DNA from: Trichoplax sp. H2
Lineage: Eukaryota
Direction: 5' to 3'
NCBI GenBank assembly: GCA_003344405.1
Contig: NOWV01000270.1
Location: 55,455 to 75,454, forward strand
DNA length: 20,000 bases
Shown here piece after piece: positions 12,201 to 20,000 of this stretch. The position numbers and the translations under genes are program-made. The notes beneath the pieces are model-generated. The model saw only the letters and a program-made list of their open reading frames with translations, was not told the DNA's origin and did no database searches. Within the stretch, counting starts at the first letter, position 1, and each line of letters starts with the position of its first letter.

Positions 12201-15200
12201 TTACTACCAAATTTTTCCGGATAGTAACTGTCGGAACCATCATTCGCTAAGGTTATAATAATGCGAGCGTAACTATAATGTTGATTTAATGATCAACCAA
12301 TTTTAGTAAGGATTAAATATTTTTTAATAGCAAAATTTCAAAGTTCATTTTTGTTTAATATGATTTAATAAATACGTAAATGAAGTCTATTAAACGAATA
12401 GCCGTATTCAAGCCTATTCTTAGTATGCAAAATGAACGTGCAATAAAATTCAAAAAATTCTTAATTAAAAGACTAATTCTATATTCTACTCGCCACTGCT
12501 ACTATCGATTTCAATAATGATTCATTTTAGTTAAAAATTGAATGCGGTCAGAATTAAGCGAAATGGGAGGAATAAAGATTTCATTTATTATAAATCTATT
12601 AACTAAAATTGAGATTATGCAAATAAATAAATTCGCTATAGCAATAATTACTCTATTAGTAATTCGACTTCCATAAATCCGATTTAAAATTAGAATTATA
12701 CACGTGAATATATGATTATTTTTTCATCAGAGCAAAATCATACCAAAGATTAAACATGAAGATTCGTAGATATACTTGTATGACATGTTGCATGATTTAA
12801 ATCAAAAAAGGTCCACTATAACCTAATCTATCAGTAAAATGATCTATTAAATGCAGTTATAATCTACAAGATACCTGCTGCCTTTCTTAATTAGCCCTTT
12901 CATTGAGGTTGCTCGATTAGTTAATCGAGAGCGTCCACCCAAACCAACAATTATGCCCACCATGATTGCGCTTTTACCACCTAGGAGTAAATGTTTGGAT
13001 TTATGTAGGTTATAATTAATTGTACTAGCTAAATGGTGAGGATTGTCTCCAATGAGCAATGTGCTATTTAATTTGCCTAGTCAATATCCTATAAAAACTT
13101 TTACTACCGACGTAAATAGGAGGCAATATAAGCAACAAATCTGCCATCTGCAATATCACTTAGTATTTATTCATTAATTTAAGTCAACTTAAATCTCAAT
13201 TTTGAAATTTTTATCGCTAATTCAATATAGATTAAAGTATTCCTCATGCCTGCTATGAGGGATATGAGTGAAAACTAAGAAACCATAGTCATGTAGTTCT
13301 GTTCAAATAGGACTTACTTCCATTATTTCCAATGATAAAGTTAACATTTTTACCAAAGGTAATTTTTAAATTTTTATGGCACATAAAATTGATTAATTGA
13401 ATTTGCTGCAGTAATCCAGCTTCATTGCTAAAGCTTCCATGGTCCACTTTCTAGCATTTAGAATATAAAAATTCAATTTCAGCAAGAATAATTAGTTAAT
13501 GTTCAACTTTGATTCCTTTAAACGGAAATTAGTTATGAAGACGTAAGAATATCAAGCTATTTGGCCTTGCCTTTGACTAAAAATCATGTAGGTTCTATAT
13601 TGATTAATTTATCTAGGAACTTGCTATAAAAACCTAACCTTGACTCCATTAGCAGTTGAATTTTTAACTTTACTGGCATGATGTGTCAGGTCATCGTCAA
13701 GATTGCAGATCTATATCGCGTATATTATATGCAATATTCTATAAGTAGATATTTACACTTTAGGGTTCGCTGTGATACGGCCAAATAGTAGCATCATCAA
13801 ACCTGTAGGACATCTGCTACTGCTTTTTTCTCTTTACCCTTGCCTATCGGCTTAATTGGCTGATTAATGCGATCACAGGCCTATGTTTGTCGTGAATGAT
13901 TAGTAGTACACTCGTATATACAAGAAGTGATAAACCTAATTAGTGAATCCCTATTCAGTAGCCATCGCAGATATTCCTATCCTCGTGCTACGATTTTAGG
14001 CAAAAAAGTTCACCGGTTGTCGTAAGACTGTTTCTGGATTGCAATCTTCTGAGCTGGTGTCGCTACCATCTATTCCAATATCATCCTGTTAAATTATCAA
14101 ATTAAAAATCGATCTTACAACCATCCCATAAAGTGATTCCCTTACTACGTTAAGTAGTTTATAAATAAAGCTTTAGCCATTAACCTGGCAATTGTCTTTA
14201 AGGTTAATTGTAGCCAAGCTTTTACCATTGGTGGCATTAATTTCTCCATCGGATTGATAGAAACGTGCTTTTTTGCTGATTCTACTAGAAGGTAACACAT
14301 CGCTTTCCCGAAACCGCTTTTCTGGCTTAATTCTATCCGTATAATGCTGTACACGTTGTACAAAATAACTAATGGAATAGAATAAAGAAATGATACTCGA
14401 ACCGACAGCTGCAAATATATGACGCTTGCCACAAGACAATAATCAACTTTAAGACTCCATATAACGACTACAAGACTTTAGTTCGTGAAATAGAAAAAAG
14501 AGACGATATTTGAACTCTTATTTGCAGATATATAACGACTGTAACAAAACGATAATCAATTTCAAGACTATATAAATGACTACAAGATATTCCTTTTTGG
14601 AATAGAATAAAGAGATGATATTCAAACCGTTACTTGCAGATATGTAATGATTGCAAAAAGACGATAATCAACTTCAAAGACTCAATATAAATGACTGCAA
14701 GGCTTTAGTTCGTGGATTAGAATAAAGAAATGATAATCGAACCGATAGTTGCAGATATACGCTCATACAACGATTGCAACAAGAGCAAAACTAATTTTAA
14801 GACTTAATATAAATGACTACATGACTTTAGTTTGTGGAATAGAATAAAGAAATAATACACGAACCAATAGTTGCAGATATATAACGATTGCAACAAGGCC
14901 ACAATCAATTTTAAGACTCAAATATAAATGATCGTAAGACATCAATTTGCGGAATAGAATAAAAAAACATGATTTGAACTGTGGTTTGCAGAAACATAAC
15001 GATTACATCAAGATGATAATCAATTTCAAGAGTCAATATAAATAACTGCAAGACGATAGATAACTTTAAGACTCAAGATGTAAGACTATAGAATTTTAGT
15101 CCGTGAAACAGAATAAAGAAACGATATCCAAGCCGTTATTTGCAGATATGTAATGATGTATTAAGACCATAATTAATTTGAGACTAAATAGAAATGACTG

Positions 15201-15582
15201 AAAGACTTAATAACTACAAGTCTTATCCCCAAATTTAATGATTTAACTTTGAAAAATCTCAAAGTCAATTTCTGCTGATCAGTTTGCAATTCTGGATATA
15301 ATTAAAACTGTACATCCGCATAAATGTTGATATCCGAACGTGCGTGTATTTTACTTTTTTCCATCTAACGAGATGGCTAAGCTTTCCCTCAAATTTGATA
15401 CTTTGAAAAGTAAATTGTAATCAGATGATATATTCTATTTGATCGTTGCTAATTAATTTATAATCTTAGTATGAAATTTGCCAATTTGTTAAACTATAGC
15501 GCTGTTAAGTGATCCTTTAGAATAATACAGATTAATGAATTTACCTAAAGAAACCTCGAATATCTGTTGCATAAGACGGCAT
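3226..15582 (-). CDS. SMC6: Divergent structural maintenance of chromosomes protein 6-like gene (copy A), multi-exon, apparently intact, about 1,170 aa; first exon and start codon tentative
   Basis: Manually spliced exons (high-low): 15582-15545 (tentative), 14368 or 14332-14185, 14085-14014, 13880-13803, 13710-13639, 13450-13318, 12980-12875, 12272-12136, 12014-11872, 11198-11097, 11021-10884, 10515-10435, 10295-10149, 10027-9939, 9820-9674, 9569-9391, 9243-9071, 8983-8957, 8814-8734, 8149-8066, 7867-7758, 6929-6836, 6759-6694, 6603-6550, 6459-6409, 6311-6192, 4718-4581, 4502-4284, 4146-3982, 3834-3691, 3494-3397, 3304-3226. Phases are compatible and there are no internal stops; 13450 to the stop is 3105 nt. 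Motifs: [60 protein letters not shown], hinge [42 protein letters not shown]. All are typical of SMC6. Confidence 0.9.
3691..3834 (-). other. SMC6: Copy A C-terminal head exon: ABC signature (LSGGERS) and Walker B/D-loop ([10 protein letters not shown])
   Basis: Translates as [48 protein letters not shown] and is flanked by AG/GT. Confidence 0.95.
4672..5245 (-). repeat. Tandem array (about 102-118 bp unit, about 5 copies) of the intron-end/acceptor/exon-start junction of copy A exon 4718-4581
   Basis: On the - strand CCAACAG|AATGAAATTAAGCACAAAACGTTACAATA recurs with acceptor AGs at 4719-4720, 4837-4838 and 4939-4940. The AG is lost (CAAAATG) in the copies near 5056 and 5164. Confidence 0.85.
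8250..8586. repeat. Intronic tandem repeat, about 84 bp x 4
   Basis: AAAATTGA..TAATTTAGCAAG...AAATGCTACCATC.AA....ATTCGATG units start at about 8253, 8337, 8420 and 8504, inside copy A intron 8150-8733. Confidence 0.9.
12970..13330 (-). other. SMC6: Walker A (GNNGSGKS) of copy A, split by a phase-1 intron
   Basis: GGA AAT AAT GGA A|gtaag (13318) joins tag|GT GGT AAA AGC (12980). Confidence 0.92.
14374..15222. repeat. Tandem repeat array, unit about 113-122 bp, about 7 copies, in the probable first intron of copy A
   Basis: GGAATAGAATAAAGA.A.GATA..CGAACC...TTGCAGATAT.TAACGA.TG.AA.AAGAC.ATAATCAA.TT.AAGACT..ATATAAATGACTACAAGA.TTTAG recurs at about 14374, 14487, 14599, 14714, 14836, 14951 and 15105, plus a partial internal duplication near 15050-15090. 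Confidence 0.9.
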
Positions 15583-17023
15583 CGTTTCAAAAGATCAGTT
15601 AATCCTTTTTGCAGAGATTGACTACAGTCTGTAAATAATAATGAAAGTAAGAAATGGGAAGTGGCTTTTTAATCAAGCTAACAATTTAAAGGGGAAATGA
15701 TCCTGCGACATTCTGAAATCGTAGCGCTTAATTTAAAATCAGCGTAAAAAATATCACTAATTGCATTTAAAATACCAGTACTAGACTTTTACAGCCGTCG
15801 CAACTTGATTTTAATGCATTGATAGTAAGTTAACCTCCTTAAGTGGCTAATTTTTAAAGTTCATATCCACATTGTTGGAACAATTTTGTTAATAATTGCT
15901 TAGATCTAAAGTTCCAGTAGCGAATGAAGACTGCCTTTCGATATTCCAAGTAGTGATAATAGACAAGGAATAAAACTTACTATTGCTTTTCCAAGATGTA
16001 AGAATACTTCGTTGCTATCAAATTAGAATAACCAAGATAGTAATTCCAGTGTCGTGATAGAACAGATCGGTTAAAACAATTTATCCTTTCAGTGTCATAA
16101 ATTTATATCCAACTCAAACTTAAATCTCATACTGTACTCGGTTAATCTCTACTACCACAACGACAGCTGATATAGTATGCCATGCTAACTCAGTGCAAAT
16201 AATCCACAACATCAAACATTGACCTATTACTAACTGTAAATTTAGGACAAAAATTGGATAATAATATTTAGTCGCTTATCGCTATTAGCAATAATCTAAA
16301 ATTATTTTGGGGGGTTAAGGCGATAGCTTAGTTGCACCGTCATCTAGAATGTAATGATCATCATGATCGTGGCCTCGATTTATGTTTATTAATGATTGTC
16401 GTGCTGCACATTATACAGATGCATGCCTAAACTGCTAGTAGAATACATTTGTGTATTCTATAAGACAACCATGGACCTGCTATGCAGGTCAGTAAATCAA
16501 ATCATCACATCTACAGAAACATTAACGAATAAATGAACTTTATTAGAGTTATATCAGTCGCAATAACTCCCTTATAATCATTCATAAACCGCTTGAAAGT
16601 ATCATGGTTATCACCTAGTTGACGAGTCCAAAGATTGAAATTCGTATCGGTTGTAGCAGTAATAATACTAGTATAACGCACATTGAACAACATAATGATG
16701 TACAGTACAACAACATTGCTAGCAAGAAATTCAGCAAATGACGTCATCGTTAAATCTAGTGCAATTAATTTTAAAACAGACAACTTTTAACCGAAGAAAG
16801 TAAATGTACAATTGTAATAAACAGTGGATATGGCTAATGTTGAATACCAAAGATTGTATAGAACAAGTTTGTAAAAATAGGAATCTAATTTCCAGCGTAT
16901 AAACTCACCTTCTACTGCCATCAACAAGCTTAAAATCAATCTAGCCTGTACAGAATTATTAAACAGTAGATAAACAGTATAAAAGCGAACGCTTTACGGA
17001 TAATAAGCATTTAACACTACAGT

Positions 17024-17029
17024 TTTATT
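17024..17029 (-). promoter_or_regulatory. Candidate polyadenylation signal (AATAAA) of SMC6 copy B
   Basis: TTTATT on + lies about 24 nt downstream of the TGA stop at 17053-17055. Confidence 0.45.
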
Positions 17030-17052
17030 TAAAATACAGAAATGGACATATT

Positions 17053-19939
17053 TCAGGACTGTCTAACTAAGCTATCCGTAATTGGTGGTTGATTATTTTC
17101 ACGTGCAGGATCTTGTAAACGGTGAATTCTGATGTTTTCCTTAAACTTTAATTTGCTAAAGATCGGTATGTAAAGGTAGAAGTTAGGCTAGAATTTTCTT
17201 TTACGTAATTAGCTTACCTGCGTAAACCATACCAATGAGTATCTGGCACAACGCTGATATGATTCCCTCACCTCATGTTCTGTGGAGATAGAAATATAAA
17301 CTGGCGACGTTTTCTTTTCGTGGCTAATTGTAGCAAAGTATCCATGCACAAATCTCGATTGACCATGTCCTGTATAAATAGGGTAACGACTTTAAATTAC
17401 GGCCATAAACTTCATAATGAAAGTTTTTATAAAAATATAGTTTTAATTACTTAGGAGAGTTAATCTACAAGTCAACAACAACATACCATAAAAACGTCAA
17501 ATTCATCTAAACATTGTAAAGGTGAATCCGTTGCTTCCCAAAGCGCGACGATAAAAGCAACGGTTGAAAATGATCGTTCACCACCTGACAATGAACCGGT
17601 GCCAGAGGTTTTTGCATTGGCAGATATCTTAACCTAAAAGTTTACGTGTCAATGAATCACAATCCAAAATGGCTATTCCTGAACTGCACTACTATAATTA
17701 TAACATACATCTAAAGATATCTTTTTTTTGTTATGATCAATCAGCATAGTACCAAGATATCCTCTTTTTGCCAACGTTTTACCAAATGTATCGATAATTC
17801 GTTGAGTTAAAATTTTTTGCATTCCTGTAAATAGCTTGTGTCGCTTCTTTAATTGATTGTTCAGTTGCTATCCGAAAGAAATCATCGATACAGAAACAGG
17901 TACATATTAAGAAACTAAATCTTTATCCATCAATAAGTAATATAGCTTGACAACAGTATAGAGTCTTGGTAACTATTGACTTTTACTTACTATCCGAAAA
18001 AAATCATCACCATAGAAATATGTACATAATAAGAAACTAAAACTAACATCAATCAGTAAGAAATACAGCTTCAATAACTTTTAGTACGGTACTGCTTGTA
18101 GTAATAGCATTTGCGTCATGACCAATTTCAATCGCACATGGAGCTACTAGCTTTGATGAGGTGAACCTGTGCCATTTCTCGTAGCTCCAAAAGTGATAGT
18201 GCCATCAACATAGACAAATTATCCTTATCTTTGGTGTAAAAGTGAATTACCTTAGATGTACTATCAAGTATAGTAAGGTGACCGCTTTGTTCATTATACT
18301 TTTTTTTTGCAATACCGTAAGCGGCCAGAATTTCTTCACGAGTACCAGTTTCTTTTTCATGGTCACTTAAACGTTTTTTCTTTGCCTTAATTTGTTTATT
18401 CAATGTTGAAATATCTAAACTGGAATTACATCGCGTTGGAGATAACTTGAAAGCGGCTTCCTTGGACGTCTATATGTGGTAATGAAAGTACATAAGCCCA
18501 ATTGAATGGATTGAATCACTGAACTGATATATATTTTATAGACATATCTTACCTCTACGGTGTTTTCTTGATTAGAAGTAGTTTGTAATTTTTCATTTTT
18601 CTTACGATACAATTGATCAATTTTTGATTGCAATTCATTCCATTGACTATCATAACTCCTGTATTTTACTTCAATTTCTTTACGTTTTTCCTAATTAGAA
18701 ATGATTAATAATCGTTGCATAAGGGCTGTACACTGTACAGTATAGAAATAGAGTTAACCCCCAAAATTGCATACTTTAAGCAGTTTCATATCTTCCACGA
18801 TCTTTTGTATCCCATTTTCGAGGTCATTTATCTGATCTTCCAATGTTGTAGCTTTTGTGGCTACGTTGCGGCATGATACCTCGAGTTTTTCTAACTAATA
18901 ATCGAAATTGCCATATCAAATTATTGGTAAGATAATATTGTAGAAATAGTAAACTAGAGTTGAGACAGTAATAAGAAATTTATAATAAATTTGAACCTCT
19001 TCTTTATCTTTCTCAATTTCTTCCTCTCTGTCATGTAATTCAGTTTCCTATATATTAAGATTAGAAATTGTAGGACTGATAAAAGAGTTTGTAATTTCCT
19101 TGTACTTTACTAAATTGTTGTTGGACTTAGATGTTGTCTTACCAATGCTGTCAAATCAGAGGCTTTGACCTCAAACGATTGCAACTCTTGGATTTCCTGT
19201 AAGAAATAATATTAAGTCAGCCTTTATTAATTGCTACCATTACCTGTCATAAATTATGAGTCATATTTATTTACATTCTTTAGTGAATTCATTCGGTCTT
19301 GATGATAGCTAATTGATTGGCGTATTGAATTATAGTCCGTCTGTGTTATCATCTCAATATCGATTAGTAAATGTAACTAAACTTCAAAATATTATTCTTG
19401 TATATATATACTGTGATAAATACAAGTATAATTTAAGACCTTAATTTTATCTAAATTCCTCTCAATTGATGTCATATGAGTATTAGTGTTGCGAATGTCA
19501 TTGTTGCAAATTTCTAAAAGAGATTTTCTACGTCTATTAAATAAAGAAAGTTTATTAATCTCACGTCGGCTGACATCATTAAACATCAACAACAAACATC
19601 CATCTACACTTTTACAATGATAAAAATTTGTAATCATCGACTGATCTATCCGTACCTTATTTCTTCTGTTACATTTCGTACAAAATAATGAACTCCACGC
19701 CGAAAATTGGAATAATATCTGAAGTTAGCGCCGCCATAAAGATGGTCACCATTGATTATATAGGCCTGCGTATTAAGACAACGTACATCCTAAGCACGTA
19801 GAAACAATCACTTTGAAATTTTAAATAGTTTCACTACAGTTTACAATACCTCTCTAACATTTCCAGGAACATTTCTACCTGTCAAAAAATTTATAGCTTC
19901 TTCTCGATGTTCGATAAGTAAAATGTTTTCGATTCCTTT
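17053..19939 (-). CDS. SMC6: Structural maintenance of chromosomes protein 6 (copy B, canonical-looking); hinge end, C-terminal coiled coil and C-terminal head; gene continues beyond 20000
   Basis: Exons (high-low): 19939-19850, 19765-19656, 19533-19440, 19340-19275, 19196-19143, 19047-18997, 18894-18775, 18690-18553, 18469-18251, 17867-17709, 17633-17487, 17369-17272, 17155-17053, all GT-AG and in frame. Motifs: [91 protein letters not shown]. Confidence 0.95.
17868..18080. repeat. Intronic two-copy direct repeat (about 85 bp similar, spacing about 122 bp) that includes the acceptor of copy B exon 17867-17709
   Basis: CTATCCGAAAGAAATCATC..AGAAACAGGTACATATTAAGAAACTAAA (17868) versus CTATCCGAAAAAAATCATC..AGAAATATGTACATAATAAGAAACTAAA (17990). 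Confidence 0.8.
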
Positions 19940-20000
19940 CTATAACGTAGAAAAGTGATAATGTATTCAATCGAACTTACACTAAATTCATTTAATTTAC

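Noticed and set aside
3226..13450. Copy A as a pseudogene
   Set aside because: All 27 core exons splice in frame with no stops, and the ATPase motifs are intact despite very high divergence from copy B.
14145..14439. ORF-track starts at 14432 and 14439 as a gene start
   Set aside because: These are non-ATG starts inside the repeat array. Only the 14185-14368 part of the 14173-14439 frame is likely exonic.
8250..15222. Repeat arrays as CRISPR-like, or SMC genes as a prokaryotic defence operon (Wadjet/Lamassu-like)
   Set aside because: The units are similar along their whole length with no unique spacers. The genes have spliceosomal introns and SMC6-specific motifs, so the DNA is eukaryotic.
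16439..16490. Two short hairpins (TAGAATACA-tttg-TGTATTCTA and GACCTGC-tat-GCAGGTC)
   Set aside because: Stems of 7-9 bp can arise by chance, and no RNA gene or transposon end is recognisable.
17212..17242. Strong donor-like CAG|GTAAGC inside the last intron of copy B
   Set aside because: Extending the exon to it passes an in-frame TGA, and a 25-nt mini-exon would break the frame with implausibly short introns.

Overview
AT-rich, intron-dense eukaryotic DNA. The composition and short introns suggest a compact early-branching animal genome such as a placozoan (inference only). The + strand carries the 3' end of an extended-SDR (NAD(P)-dependent epimerase / dihydroflavonol-reductase-like) gene at <1-592. 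Most of the window holds two tandem, same-orientation SMC6-family genes on the - strand. Copy B (3' half visible, 17053->20000) has canonical SMC6 C-terminal motifs. Copy A (3226 to about 15582, about 32 exons, about 1,170 aa) can be spliced by hand into one open frame with intact Walker A, Q-loop, signature and Walker B motifs. The two copies share intron positions and phases and most exon lengths, but only about 18-30% amino acid identity in the two coiled-coil exons I counted, which points to an old, retained, divergent SMC6 paralog. Copy A also has a long N-terminal extension, a GC-AG intron, a 27-nt microexon and several intronic tandem repeat arrays, one of which multiplies an acceptor/exon junction. 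All exon models were built manually and have no transcript support.
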